The position numbers were made by a program, and so were the translations under genes. DNA of 64,000 nucleotides from Eledone cirrhosa (Eukaryota). Below the pieces are notes generated by a model. It did not search any database, was not told the DNA's origin, and was given only the letters and a program-made list of their open reading frames with translations. Shown here piece after piece: positions 14,950 through 30,379 of the stretch. The first letter of the stretch is position 1. Every line of letters starts with the position of its first letter. The DNA lies in NCBI GenBank assembly GCA_964016885.1, contig OZ024742.1, positions 132,618,001-132,682,000 of the forward strand. The letters are read 5' to 3'.

Positions 14950-15700
14950 ATGGTAGGAATAATTCAGCCGTGCTATAGTACAACGTATAAACAATGGGAA
15001 TAATGTTTACTTCCAAATCATAACACGGGAATCACACAGTCAACAAACCACTTACGAACCGGGCGTGATGTTATGGTGGTTTGGCATTGTTTGCAGCCGT
15101 CTATATTGCTGAATATGTAAATTATGTTAGTAACGTTGTAGATTCCTTCACTGTCTTAGTTATAATCAGAAGTGAAAGAATTGGTTCAATACGTTTATTC
15201 CACATTGCTATATATATCGGTTGGTAAGCCAAGCTTAACCGGTGATTACTCTGTAAATATTTGCTGGATAGAATGTGTAACACACCTCACCTGGGGTTTA
15301 GATTCCAGAGTTGATAGTATTGACTGTTGTGAGAAGAAATGCAATATCCACATAATTGTTTAGTCGTAGGTCAATGTTTTACTGCGTCATAAGTAGAGAG
15401 CTAGCACACATTTGGGTACATGAAAGGTAATCATTTCTAGACGACCCCGCGTTTGCATCGTAGAGATAACCATTTTCTTATAGCTTAAATTCTCGTCTAC
15501 TTCGGTTAAAAGAAATACTATAGAAGAGGAAAATCTATGTAAACCTCCGGTATATGTTTGAGTAAACGGCTGTGAAATTGCAAAACAGTAATTTTGTTTT
15601 AGTCCCTGTGACAGTTTGCTAATGTGCGCGCCAGCGTGCCTGTCAGAATATGCTTCCGAGCAGACAATATACCTTTCGCTTATTTGGTAATAATCTACAT
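14950..15700 (+). mobile_element. Possible Tc1-type transposase remnant
   Basis: Weak VMVW.CL-like (15070-15100) and FLDDPAFAS (FQQDNAP.H-like, about 15435) fragments. Confidence 0.3.
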
Positions 15701-16179
15701 GAATCTCAATGTCCTTATCGATAAATATAAAAGAAAATCAATAAATGTTTTATTATTTCATATTTTATAAACAAATTCCTCAGATGTGTAGCCATTAATT
15801 TCATTAAAATCAATAATAGTTTACAATTTATGAAAATTATCAGTATTACGTTATACCTTTTGTAGTTGTTAACCGTATTTTGGTTTTTACGTTAGCGGAG
15901 TTACAATATGTAGGCCATTTCCTCCTGGAATATTCTAGACATATGCTTGTTAACATATATATATGTATAGATATCGAGCGTTAACACTTGAAGGAATAAT
16001 CAATACAAAGGGTTATTAACAAACACCCAAATTCGTTCTATGATTATTTTTGATGTGGAGACAAAGCAAAGATTTTCCGAATAAGGATTTCATAATTACT
16101 ATCATAAGAAATTAAAAGGGCTACCAAAAAGACAGAAAGTATATACTTTCAAACGTTCAATCGATTGACAGGAAGGTAT

Positions 16180-16222
16180 ACGGTGCTAATTACAGCTAAT
16201 AGGCTAGAAACTAGTTCATCGT
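16180..16222 (+). ncRNA. Hammerhead ribozyme, core mutated
   Basis: ACGGTG-CTAATTA(=CTGATGA mutated)-C-AGCT aata GGCT-A-GAAA-CTAGTT-CATCGT. Confidence 0.55.
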
Positions 16223-16334
16223 TCCTTTGTCAGTGTTGAACAGGGCACGATGGTTGCCGAACACTCTACGGCTTAATTTTCGGGCTGTTTACAAACAAAC
16301 CGAACATTATAATAAATGTTCTGTAAACCCATAC

Positions 16335-16387
<53 letters not shown>

Positions 16388-16623
16388 CATGTATGTATGT
16401 ATATACATACTACTGTACGTCTGCATACATATATGTATATACGTATACATGCTTATATTTAAGTATCAGCCGTACTAAGAGTGTGAAATGAAATTTCATT
16501 TTTTCCATTCATCGTTTCGGTACGCCCGGCCGACTAACTCACTCGATATGCAAATTAGGCTGCTCAGCCGTTAATAAGGAAAGTATATACTTTCAAACGT
16601 TCAATTGATTGACATGAAGATAT

Positions 16624-16666
16624 ACGCTGCTGATGACAGGTAATAAGCTAGAAACTTGTTCATCGT
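16624..16666 (+). ncRNA. Minimal hammerhead ribozyme
   Basis: ACGCTG-CTGATGA-CAG gtaataag CTA-GAAA-CTTGTT-CATCGT; predicted GUU cleavage site. Confidence 0.7.
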
Positions 16667-17010
16667 TCCTTTGTCAGTGTTGAACAAAATGGCAACGATG
16701 GTTGCCGAACACTGTACGGCTTAATTCGGGCTGTGGGCTTGATAACCAAAGATGTGGGTTCGACTCCCATATACGTCAATACTCATCTTTTACCATTTAT
16801 CTGAGGGTTCTAACCCCATTATCAGGCTAAAATTTCTTTAGTAAAAAATACGGTGAAAGCTATTCTATTTTCTAATTTCAAACATGCTCACTGTTTCAAA
16901 ACATACTTACTTATAAATATATATATATATATATATTTGAAGGAGACAGCAAACAGAGGTTCAGAAGTACATATTGGGTTCACGCTTTATATGGAAAAGG
17001 GGAACGAAGG

Positions 17011-17044
17011 TTCGACGTGTGGGGCTTTAGCCCTTCTTCAGGAG
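17011..17044 (-). ncRNA. Degenerate minimal hammerhead
   Basis: Reverse complement: CTC-CTGAAGAAG-GGCT aa AGCC-C-CACA(for GAAA)-CGTC-GAA. Confidence 0.45.
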
Positions 17045-17355
17045 TACACAATGAGGGAAAAGTTCACAAACGAGATACAGAAATATCGAAAATAAAGAGT
17101 GTAAACAAGACAACCCGTTAGGTTGTCTTGGTTACGTGATGGAACGCAAAGTGAAGTGTGCGTGTATTAGTGTCGATATTATGTGTGAGTGAATGTGTAT
17201 GTTTAATCGTGTGTGTGTTTTTGAGGCATAGTGTGTAAAGTACCAAAGTTAATGTGTGTGTTATGCGTATATCAGTGTGGTAGTGGACATTTGTGTGAGC
17301 GAATGTACTTTTGAATGTGTTACATAATAAATACGGTGAAAGCTATATATATTTA

Positions 17356-17390
<35 letters not shown>

Positions 17391-17564
17391 TATATATATA
17401 TATATATATATAATTAGAATGTGAACAACATATAATATAACTATTCCATTACCAAAGGTATCTGGATCTAATTAAATAGCTCTGTTCTAGAGATAGAGCA
17501 CTCTTTTTTCCTTTGCATTTTCTTCGGAATTACCTAACACACACACACGCACACATAAACACGC

Positions 17565-17679
<115 letters not shown>

Positions 17680-18478
17680 TATGTGTGTGTGTACGTGTGC
17701 GTAAATATATACATATGTGATCATATGTGGCACAGATATATTTCTCGGATTCAAGATCTTCCTTGTATTATTCTACCTATAAAGGGATATGTGTTGACAT
17801 TATTTTATGGTAGGTATACATTGATAAATATATACTTTTAGCGGAGCAAGGATTTTTTAATCATTCATTGCTTTCTTTCAGTAGTCGTAGAGTGTTGCTT
17901 TACATGTGATGAGCTATCAGACGTCTTTCTGTGACGAAAACGGGTGTTCAATTTATTTGAACAACGAAACAGCCTGCTCAACAAAAGATACAAGTTATTG
18001 AGCTTTCCAAATGCATGTGTAATTTTCCTTTGATACTAAGGGTGGGTCAACATGACAAGAAATGGGGAATACATTTCTTGTTCAAGGACACTAGGTTAGG
18101 ACCCTTAATTCTATGTAAAAAGTCATTCAAGCCGTATTCATCTTATCTTTTCGCTATGTTGAGGCAGAGTATCCTAAAACATTTTCAGTGTCTTCTACTT
18201 CACTACGACACGACACGGAACAGATGTGACTGCTATTTGTAACAATTTGAGTGAACAACGATTACTTTCTCTTTGCCTTGATGTTATATTTGTGTTGCGC
18301 AATTTATATCACATTTATCATTGATTTATTGTAAATTCTGTATTCCTCTGATATAAAAGTCGCCTCTTAAAGTTACACTAGCACAGTATAAAGGAAATAC
18401 AAAGTTCAAATGAGTGAAGTCGCTGTTAATGATGTTACCGGATTTTTGCAGCCATTTGTTTGTCTTTACACACACATA

Positions 18479-18535
<57 letters not shown>

Positions 18536-19858
18536 ATATATATATATATACATAAATAAGTTTAAATGAGTTGATATTACAATCATATAAAGGCAAAGAA
18601 TGTTTCAAAGCTTAATGTAATTTTATAGTCCACAGCAAGGTGGGTAAACACAGTTCAGAGTTTAATGCAACAGGTTAACTTCCAGCCCCTGTAGTGATAG
18701 AATTGCACAGAGCATGTATATAAAGGACAAATATTAACAATAATTTTAATTAAATATCCTTCAACTAACAATAATACTTCATTCCTGTTAGAATAACTCC
18801 TCAGAATCAATCAAATACAAATAAATAAGTACGTTACATGTACCAGAATTCCAGGGAATGAGGAAATAACTTAAATAATAACATTCAAATATAGATGTTG
18901 GCGAAGCTTTAAAATTTATGGAAGCCTAAATACGTAATTAATATCTAACAGTGACAATAGTTTTTATGCTGTCAACACAATTTCCTTTAAAAATTGATTA
19001 AAAACAAATCAATAAACACAAATGCATATAAAAACATTTGTAATAATAGAGCAATTATTAATATTGCAAGAATAAAAGTAAAGAAAGAAAACAAATCGTA
19101 TTCAATTTGTAATAGTTTACGTCCGTGTTGTCTTTCTTGAAACATTTTATTCACAGGAAAGTATGAAGAAAAGAAAACAATTCTGCACTTGAATCCACTA
19201 ACACATAATTAGGACGGGTGAGTTCCAGCGATCGTTCGGTAACGGCATATATAGCGCTTAGTGGCATCTCAAAATTCTTTCCCCTTAACGTTCTTCATAA
19301 TGTATAATTTAATGGAAATTAACCAATATACATTTCTAAAGGGATAACTTGATGAAATTTAAACGAAAATACTTAACATGTTTTCAAACTTCGCAGTTGT
19401 ATAAAAGCCATTGCGTGCCTGTAGAAAATCTATGATAATTATCCTGATTTATATTATTCATAACCAGCACGAGATAGCTCATTAGCAACATGAAATTTCC
19501 GAGTTTACGTTTAGCCTACCAACACAAGTAGAAAGTATTCTGTAAATGAAATCATTAGCGCACGGAACTATATATTCATAAAAGCTTAAATATGGTATTT
19601 ATTTCATTCATTTTTTATTTCATCGATCTAATCATTATCTTCATGTCACAAAGGGTGTAACAGCAACATTTACTTACAAAATGTACACTATAAAGAAAGT
19701 ATCAATAATTAATTGGAGGGGGTGGAATTAAACCTTAATTATAACTAGCTACCTTAGATTTCCATTCGTCAAATATTTACGGAAACGATTGCTGGTATGC
19801 TCTTGTTTGTTGGCATGTCTTACTAATATCGATATTCGTTACCAATGATCAACAGTAT

Positions 19859-19904
<46 letters not shown>

Positions 19905-20180
19905 GTATAAATATATATATATATATTTATATATATATATATATATATATTTTAGTATATGTTGGTTGTATACCAACACCTCAGTATGCAGGCTGGAGCA
20001 CTCGACGAAGTGCGCAGGTTGGTTTGGTTACTCCGGAGTAATGTAAAATAAAGTTAAGTAAAAAGTCAAATGTATAAAATATAACTTTATTTTATATATA
20101 TATCTATATATATATATATATATATATAGAAAGGATAAAAAGGACGATTGAACCAGCAGTAACTCCTAGTTACACCCACT

Positions 20181-20279
<99 letters not shown>

Positions 20280-20354
20280 TATATATAAAATAAAGTTAAA
20301 TATAACATTTTCCGATTCCGCCCCGTCCCTTCAATCTTTCTAATTTCTCATTAT

Positions 20355-20392
20355 TTCTTCTGATGAAGGACTAGCGCCCGAAACGTTAAGAG
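20355..20392 (+). ncRNA. Minimal type-I hammerhead ribozyme
   Basis: TTCTT-CTGATGA-AGG actagcgc CC-GAAA-CG-TT-AAGAG; palindromic stem III AACGTT; GUU site. Confidence 0.85.
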
Positions 20393-20475
20393 CTTCTTCC
20401 TGCTATTTCAAACGTTAAACTAATATATTCCTTCTATATACTGTACCGGCTGTGTTATTATTTCTGTTTACCATT

Positions 20476-20634
<159 letters not shown>

Positions 20635-20800
20635 ATAAGTGTAAGTCAAACATCTTAAAGTTGGCTTCGTTTATTCCAATTCACTGCTATACATATTTCA
20701 CTGACCGCCATTATTGATTGTCACTGAAATATGTATAGCAGCGAATTGGAATAAACGAAGCTGAGTTTAACATGTTTGACTTACACTTATTATTTTACAC

Positions 20801-20993
20801 CGGTCGGTGAATTGGCAGTATCGGTAGAGGGTCGGACGCCATGCTTTGACGTATAGAGTTACGGCCCTTGCAATTCTGAGTTCAAATCCCGCCAAGGTTA
20901 ACTTTGCCTTTCATCCTTACGGGGTCGATAAAATAAAGTACCAGTAATGCACTGATAAATTGCTGGCCTTGTGCCTAACGTAGAAACAATTTG
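20801..20993 (+). mobile_element. tRNA-derived SINE (abundant octopus-type) with 7-bp target-site duplication
   Basis: A-box-like TGGCAGTATCGG, B-box GAGTTCAAATCC, body CTTTGCCTTTCATCCTTACGGGGTCGATAAAATAAAGTACCAG. TSD TTTACAC at 20794-20800 and 20994-21000. Confidence 0.88.
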
Positions 20994-21087
20994 TTTACAC
21001 TTCTCCGGAGTGAGCAAACCAACCTGCGCACTTCGTTGAGTGCCCCTGCCTGCATACTGGGGTGTCGGTAAACAACCAACAAATAAT

Positions 21088-21123
<36 letters not shown>

Positions 21124-21922
21124 TAGTATTGGTGCTCTGAAATTGAGATGTAAATATGAATGTACGTATTGTATATTTAATAATATACTGTATGTTTATT
21201 TTATAACATTTTGAAGGCCTTTCGCTATGAGATTTAAGGTAGTGACTAACGTCTCATACGTAGTCGCGGCAAATGAAAGCGGAGTAACCGACTGTCACTA
21301 CTTTAAAATTCTGGTGTGATTGATCTGGAGTTTTTATACCCTGGAATGCAGGCAGGATTTCCTATTGAAAAGAGATAGTATACACATACGATAAGAGATA
21401 GGCATTGACAATGGGATCAGGCTCAGGGACATGTCATTTTATTCACTAAGAGGGATTAAGAAAATAGTACAGATTTTGGAGTCAAAGTCCATCAGTAAAC
21501 ATTGCTTGTGAATCAATATTTCACTTTCATCGAACGATAATATATCTAGAAACGATATAAAGAAACTACCCAATTATTAATATCTGGTAGTGAAGATAAC
21601 TAAGACGTGAAGATATAAAAGTAAATGATTTAAAAAAATATTATATGGCTTGAAAATCCTAATGGCAAAAAAAAAAAAAAAAAATGCAGACATATAACAC
21701 AACCAAAATCGCAGGGCCTACAGACTGACAAAAATATAGTGTATATTGTGCGCACGTAGTTCACAATACATTATACGAAAGCATAAAAAACTATGCACGT
21801 ACGTAAAATCGAGATATAATTCTTGCACAAACACATACATTTGGAAACAGACACACAAACTCCCGCACCCCCCACATCATCACACACAGACACATACACA
21901 CTCATGCACACACACACACACA

Positions 21923-21953
<31 letters not shown>

Positions 21954-22019
21954 CATACACACACAAACACACACACATATATACATATATATATATAAAA
22001 AGTCGAAAGTCAGAAGGCT

Positions 22020-22258
22020 CATTTGGCCGGTACTTATCCCAGTTTCATGGCGTGAAGCGACTGAGAGCACAATACCCCCCCCCCCCTGGACAGGACGCCA
22101 GTCCGTCGCAGGGTTAAACCTCCAGCTATTGCTGGTACTCATGTTCAGCTGAGTAAACTGGAGCAACGTGAAATAAAGTGTCTTGCTCAAGGAAACAACA
22201 CATCACACGGTCCGAGAATTGAACCTACAACCTTTAGATTGCAAAAGCTATGCGCCTT
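22020..22258 (-). mobile_element. tRNA-derived SINE with CORE/Nin-like central domain
   Basis: Reverse complement has GGTTCAATTCTC B-box, CCTTGAGCAAGACACTTT, then CAGCTGAACATGAGTACC and CCCTGCGACGGACTGGCGTCC. Confidence 0.7.
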
Positions 22259-22290
22259 CACATACATATATACATATATATATATATACA

Positions 22291-23173
<883 letters not shown>

Positions 23174-23383
23174 TATATATCAGACCTGACAGCTTCTAAA
23201 AATCCCAAATCCCATATGGGGTGCACCATGAAATAAAGAACCTAAAACGATGACAAATGTGGCAAAATAGGAAAATTTTACATTATGAAAACTATACCCA
23301 TTTTTCGTAAGAAAAGACATCCCTCACTCACCTGAATGTAACTGGGAGATTTCCCCGTCGAGCAGGGGGAGTTGACAGGTCTG

Positions 23384-23483
<100 letters not shown>

Positions 23484-23923
23484 CACACACACGCGCGCGC
23501 ACACACATATATATAATGATTAATTAGAGTATGGGTTTAATAGAAGAGTGACGTGCTGATAACATTATGCTAATCACATTATGGTTTGTCGGTTGTGAAG
23601 CAAATAAAAAGAAGCGCCCAACGACCTGTATAAATGGTACAAACCGGAGTATTAATAAACGATCGGAAACCATTTTCAGTTAGTTCAGGTTCATTTAAAA
23701 CTCCATTATGAATATATAACTGAGGACTATCAGTTTACATATCCTGAGATCTTCAGACGGCAAAAGCTAAAATAAACATTGAAAGTTCTTAATACACCTT
23801 TAAATTTTTGAAAAATCCAATAGAAATGGTTCCTACAGAGAAGTGTAAGGGAGAGAGTATAAGAAAGAGAAAGAGAAGGAAAATTTAGATAGATAGATAG
23901 ACAAACATGTGAATGCGTGTGAA

Positions 23924-24323
23924 TGCATTTGCATAGTATTAGAACACGTGTTAATATATTTATACAGTTATAGGCTAAACAGCCAAAATATACGATGATG
24001 TTATAGTCGTAGGTATACAAGATAGGGATAAATGATGCTTAGTGTACCGGCTTCTAATCATGGAGGGGCTAGATTACAAAATACAAATTTCATATTAACG
24101 TAAACAAGGGGGTGCCAGCAATTATTTGCTGGCGCCCCCTTGTTTACGTTAATATGAAATTTGTATTTTGTAATCTAGCCCCTCCATGATTAGAAGCCGG
24201 TACACTAAGCATCATTTATCCCTATCTTGTATACCTACGACTATAACATCATCGTATATTTTGGCTGTTTAGCCTATAACTGTATAAATATATTAACACG
24301 TGTTCTAATACTATGCAAATGCA
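23924..24323. repeat. Near-perfect 400-bp palindrome (arms about 198 bp, loop TTAT)
   Basis: The arms are reverse complements. The ORF track gives the same peptide on both strands (23730-24020 minus, 24227-24409 plus). Confidence 0.97.
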
Positions 24324-25789
24324 AATTTGTGCGTCCATATCAGAGTACTACAATAAATGTTTGGTTATATATATACCCGCTAATAACCTATTCATTTGTA
24401 ATTGTTTAGCTGATATACATAGTTTTTGTTGAAAACCTGGCTAGGTTCGAAACTCTAGTAAAGCGCTTTATCTGGGAAGCACATATATTTGGCAGGTTTA
24501 CATGCCCATACGCTAAATAGGTATACATTTATGGAGACACTGTTACTAGTGTACAGAGATATAAATTGAATACACCTATCGTATATAGTGATTGTTACCT
24601 ACCGGACCTTGGCATGTATTTACCTGGTATAGCATGTATTTTATGTATGGCAAATATAAGAATAATTTGAACACAACAAGTCTCGATAGTCTAATGCTTA
24701 TGATGTTTCTTCGAGAACATTTTAGTTTGCGTATGTAAATTTTCATCATAGGAGTTTGAATCCATCTTTTCTTAACTTTGAACTTAAACAAGGATACAAC
24801 TATACGTCTATCATTTAATACATGTATTGAGTACTGTTATATTCATGGCACCACTTGATACTTAATATATACATATTTTTTTTTTATGGGGTAGAACTCG
24901 GTTCGTGGGGGTTGTTTGTTTATATTCATATTCACGTGTGTATTCTTGTAAGCATATCTGTATATCTAGTCAAAGATATTGGAAAGAAATGCAATAAAAT
25001 ATTGTTACACACTGTCAATGAGAGTAATATATTTGAAAGGCTGGACACATCATTATGTACATGCAACATTATTAGAATGGTGAATTACTGTTATTACAAT
25101 TTCACACTGAGAAACTTACGCCATAGAATTTCAATACTTTTCTAGAGAAGAAGCTATAAATTACTTGACACTGATAGTGAAATATTGGAATGTTTTGAAA
25201 TTATTATCGCGCCTTCAACACCTGTTTCATACAAACTTCAGAGATAGACAGAATCAATATAATTCTTCTCGTTACTATCTGTCAAGAATAAACAATATAA
25301 TTCCTTTGCTTCCTGAATCCGATACATTTTTTCTTTTGTTTTACAACCCGAAACTAAAACGTATATTTTCAATTCGCTGCCGCATTGCAATAAATTTTCT
25401 TAAGTTATACATACTATTCTTATTACTATTCCTGTAGTTCTATTGACACCTACAGAATTCGTCATGAAACAGAATACAAATTGATTTGACTTTATCCATA
25501 TGATAACAAATTGTTTGATATATGATCTTATCGAGATGTTTGATGAAAGCTTACAGTAAAATATGACTGTGTCTAAAAAGTATTATCTCTAAGTTTAATC
25601 AACTTCGATATTGTATACAGTCACATACGAAAAGTAAATATGAATCTATTTCCTGAAATATTTATTATATCAGTGTAACTGTAACTTTCAAATATTCTAA
25701 TTATGATATATATTTTAGTACCGAATGTAAAGGATTTATTAAGTAGCACATGACGAAAAGAAAGATAATTTTCACTAAAAACACTATAT

Positions 25790-26290
25790 ATTATATTTTA
25801 CAAAACTGTTTATACAAAAATAAAACACACTATTAAAGCCATCAAAAAAGAAAGAAGAAAGGAAATGAAGAAGAAGAAAGAAAACCAAGCAATGATAGAA
25901 AGGGATTTGCGAAGGTACAGACTCTACACACCAGTCGGAGCGGTGCCTCAGCCACATCCCGTGGACAAAATGAAAAAGCGGTACCGCCAAGAATGGTTAG
26001 AGTCAACCGCTGCGGTAGCCATCCCACCTCACAAAGCTCCCTCCTCAAGTGGGCCACAGTTTTTCCGATTTTACGGAGGGACTTAGCAGTGCAGGGTCCA
26101 AGTAAACCAGAGGTTATCGACGAAGACCTGTACAAAGAGGAAGCGGTCGGGTAAGTATTTAACTATCTTCCTCTGTATGCAGGCAGAGGAGCAACGGTTT
26201 TTTTCCGAAGCGACAAGGCTTGGGAGAATCAATCTCTCACAAAGAGACTGATTGTTCAACACTAGTGTTATTCTAGACGTTGTTAGAGAC
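25790..26290 (-). mobile_element. Possible 3' fragment of another L1/Tx1-like LINE
   Basis: GC-richer island; AHLRRELC...RLVCRV loosely resembles the FHLKRKIR...RMTRV end of the Tx1 copies. Confidence 0.3.
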
Positions 26291-26609
26291 ATCCAACAAG
26301 TTTACTTCATTATTTTTAGTTTAATGCAGTTTTTCAGGAATAGAGTATATCAGAACTATTTAGAATATATATAACACAAATCTACACGGATTCTGATTTT
26401 CAATAGTTCTTCTAAGCATCATTTACAGCTGAGTTTTTATATCTTTAATTAGAATATTTTGCTGATTTCTATCATGAGATTATAACCCCGATGAAGTACT
26501 TCACGAAAGTATTAAAGCCCTCCCCACAACAATAACATTTCAGTACTTCCTAATGCTACTTTACAGTTCAACTGAGGCATTCACGCGCCTGCCGTAGAAG
26601 TTTATGCCG

Positions 26610-27216
26610 AAGTATGGGACCGATGGCCAGTTACTTATCAAATGAGTGTTTTCGGGTAAATGATGCCAAATTGAAACCATTCAACGTGCGAGTCGGACTA
26701 GGCCACGGATGTGTACTGTCAGCTCTCCTGTTCATTATTTACATGAACAGGGTTTGTATGCGTAGACGAGTTGGAAGTGGTATCATGACTGGTAGATGAA
26801 AAATCAGTCGGCCAAACCTTTCCTAATGCCATGAAACTTAGGTAATGATTAAAGGAATAAGATTGCGAATACGAGCAGCCGAAATGGGGTTCCTCCGAAG
26901 GGTCTTTGAAATAATATTACTCAATGGAGTTTGTAGCTTGGAGATTAGAGAGTCACTCCGGGTAGACTGCTACTGAGAGTTCACAGTTCCGATACTATGG
27001 GAATGTGGTTAGACTATCTCCGGAAAGGATTAGCGGACAGATTTCACTGGCAAAACCAGCAGGCAGGAGATCCAGGAGTAGACTCCGTGCAAGATAGCTG
27101 GATAACATCCATGTGCTCGGCGGCTCTCCCCTGGGGATCCAATCGGAACAACTAGAGACGGTTGGTTCTGACAGTCTCGCTCTATTTCATGACCCTTCCA
27201 GCGGCATAAATGGACA

Positions 27217-27282
<66 letters not shown>

Positions 27283-27305
27283 AAGAAGAAGAAGAAGAAG
27301 AAGAA
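26610..27305 (+). mobile_element. RTE LINE 3' fragment with (ATA)n(GAA)n tail
   Basis: VGLGHGCVLSALLFIIYM, RIRAAEMGFLRRV, LGIQSEQLETVGSD. Confidence 0.75.
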
Positions 27306-28535
27306 TACCCTGTGCTAGGGGTAATACATCTGAGAAACGATGTCTGAATTGAAGGATGTTAAGCTTTTAGTTGATAATAAATGAATCTGTTTTTATATGG
27401 GTGTTCTAATTTAGATATAGGGAAATACAAGTCTGTTAGATTAATTTATAAGTTACTGTATTGTTAGATAGAGAAAGTAATATTTAATAAATTAATAATA
27501 TTTAATAGAAACCCGATTTTGAAAGCATGCCTTGTTTCTTAATACATATATAGTAAGAAAAAAAATTATCTTTCAAATCCAATGCTGATTTAGGATTGGA
27601 AATAAAGTTTGGATAGAGAAAGAAGTTTGTGCTAATTATATAGGTTGTTTGGGTTAATTCGTAATCCATATTGAAATAAGAGGTGAATTGTAATTCCAAT
27701 ATCGGAAAATAATTAGTGATATTAAATTTTGAAGGCTAAAATTATCTCAGGATAGGTGATATTAATACATGGTAATTTAAGTTGTATTTAAATTTCAATA
27801 TTGCTTTTGAATATTTATTAGAGTTTAGATAGAAGAATATGATTTCAAGTCAATTTGGTTAGTTAGATTGTAAGTTATTTAGATTAGTTTAGGAGTCAAT
27901 AGTGTTATTGAAATGAGGAAATACTATATCCACTTTTGAAGGATCAGATTAATGTTGATTTAATTAATTAACAACATTCAATTTTTCTATAGGTAGATTA
28001 TTTGAGTAAGAATATATTATATCTAATTATCTCTCACTTTGTTGAAGAAACTGGTGGTGACCATAGTGATTTCAAGTATTAGGTGGGTTTATAGTAGTTA
28101 AACGTTTTCAGGATTTCATGATTACACGAAATAATTGATTCCTGTCTTTTTATTTAGTAACCTATCCTTCGATTTCATGATTTGGAACAGTTCCTAAGAA
28201 CATAATGGGCACCCCTCCCCCCTCTTTGATACGACTTAGTTCTGATCAGGACACTCCACTTTAGGTTCTATGCTAAATTTTCCATTTTTAAAATGTTAAT
28301 ATTTCCGCTGGTGAGCTGCTGCTAGCTAATTTAATATTTTTAGAAGAATGAGTATGATAATAAAACCTTTTCTTAAATGAATTAGAGGTAGCACATCTAG
28401 TTAAATATATATACTGGAAAATGTGTGAAGTACTTGCTACAGTTAGGTAAATTTAAAAATAGGAAATTAATGACTTCATTTGTCGTTCTAAACAATTTAA
28501 TTTTATAATATTACAATGTTACAATATTGTTTTGT

Positions 28536-28646
<111 letters not shown>

Positions 28647-28649
28647 AGA

Positions 28650-29560
28650 GAGAGATATCATCGGAGTAGTTTCAACGAACATTAAACGTCTTTCCGTAAA
28701 TAGATTCAAGCAAATTCTGACTTTAAATTGAAAAGGATATAGAAGAAAAAATGTGTGGAGGTAGATTTCGTCGTTGATACATGTTTTTACTTGTTTGATT
28801 TTGCAATGCAAGCAAAATATGTGATTATTAGGCCAATGTGTAAAATATATGATTCATATTAATTATTGTTATTTCTTTATGTTTTGTGTGTCTTAATTAT
28901 CAATAACTGAACGTTTGCTTTATTTTTTTCATTAATATTGTATTCTTATCTTCGATGATATTTTACATATGGTGAATTAGTATAAATATCATTTCTTTAA
29001 AAGTTTAGACCATATATCCAAATAATTTCTATACGGTCTTTAGAGGTTATTTATTGGTACTTCTACATTTTAACTCCATTAATTACTCTTGGTAGAATTG
29101 CTATTGTTTGTTTCATAATGTTTGACTTTTGGTTAGCGTTCTGCTAAAATAGGTCATTTTAAAGACACTTTTCATTTGTGAAGATATTGTATGTATTTTT
29201 TCATTACTTATTTATTTTTATCTGAGATTCAGGATATTATTCCACTTCTTTTTCCCATAAATATCAAGTTTCTTCAATTTGATTTGTAAAAATAGTGTTT
29301 TTTTTATTCCAAAAGCGCAAGATTTGTTCTCTGGTAACTTCTAGAATTATATATTTTCGCATGGATGCACCCTTCAATAACATTAAATAATTCACATACG
29401 TTCCATTACCATTTAATGTGTACCAGTGCGATATCTTCCAGATTTAAAATATAATGAATGTCGTATTTGCTTTAAATATTCTCGGTTTCAGACCAATATT
29501 CCTTAAATTATATTTCTTAAGAATTTTGTTACAGTTTCTAAGGAGTCCATTCGTGTCTAC
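28650..29560 (-). mobile_element. Highly decayed PLE 3' region (GIY-YIG)
   Basis: HIGLI (YIGLT-like) and VRICLNLFTERRLM (CNLC.TEK-like) remnants. Confidence 0.3.
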
Positions 29561-29599
29561 AGTATTAAAATTATCCTCTCCTTCATTACCACGGCGGTT

Positions 29600-29613
29600 G
29601 CTACCACCACCCA

Positions 29614-29676
<63 letters not shown>

Positions 29677-29737
29677 TACTAATACTACTACTAATATTAA
29701 TACTACTACCACCAAAGCCGCCACCACCACCACCACC

Positions 29738-29795
<58 letters not shown>
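29600..29795. repeat. (CTA)n/(CCA)n microsatellite
   Basis: Seen directly. Confidence 0.95.
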
Positions 29796-30379
29796 AATCA
29801 TTCGTCTTATTTTCATTGCATGCTGTCCCTGCACTATCATATGGAGCACAAGCCCCTGCGCCTTGAGCACGTGCTCTGTTGTTTTCTGCACGTTATGTGC
29901 AATTGTACGTCATGTGTTAGATTGACAACGATTACATTGACAATTCTTACCCGGGTTTTCTTTGACTACAGTGTTTTGTCATTTGGATTGAATCTCTGTC
30001 TTTATGCATTCGCGTATCACCGAATATTGTTACATTGAAATTACATGGCATTTTTCTTGTATAAGTTTGAAACACCTCTCTCTTGCTGGTATATTTAATG
30101 ATGGCATAACGTCCAGTGTATGTAAATCACAACTCTATCATATATATGGATATATCCTTTTTGGCTAAGACTTGTCAGTAAGAGACAATGTGGTTAATTG
30201 TTCTTTCACACGTCTAAACATACTGCAGTTACTTAATGTGTTCTGCTTCATTATGTATTTTCTTGTTGTTATGGTTTCGTAGGGAATTAGAAAAGACAAG
30301 CAGAGGTTTTTCACATTAGAAAGTAGCCGACTGCAAAGATAACCAATTCGTGATCTGTACAGTCGGCTTATGTCGGATT

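Larger units (their letters stand above)
16135..16734 (+). repeat. Direct repeat pair of about 155 bp (16135-16288, 16579-16734), each containing an HHR
   Basis: Visible alignment of the two copies; period about 444 bp; (TA)n in the spacer. Confidence 0.9.

Noticed and set aside
16740-16775. tRNA gene
   Set aside because: Only a T-arm/B-box is present and there is no cloverleaf; likely a SINE head remnant.
26488-26515. CCGATGAAG..CGAAAGTATT hammerhead-like string
   Set aside because: The core is mutated and stem I does not pair.
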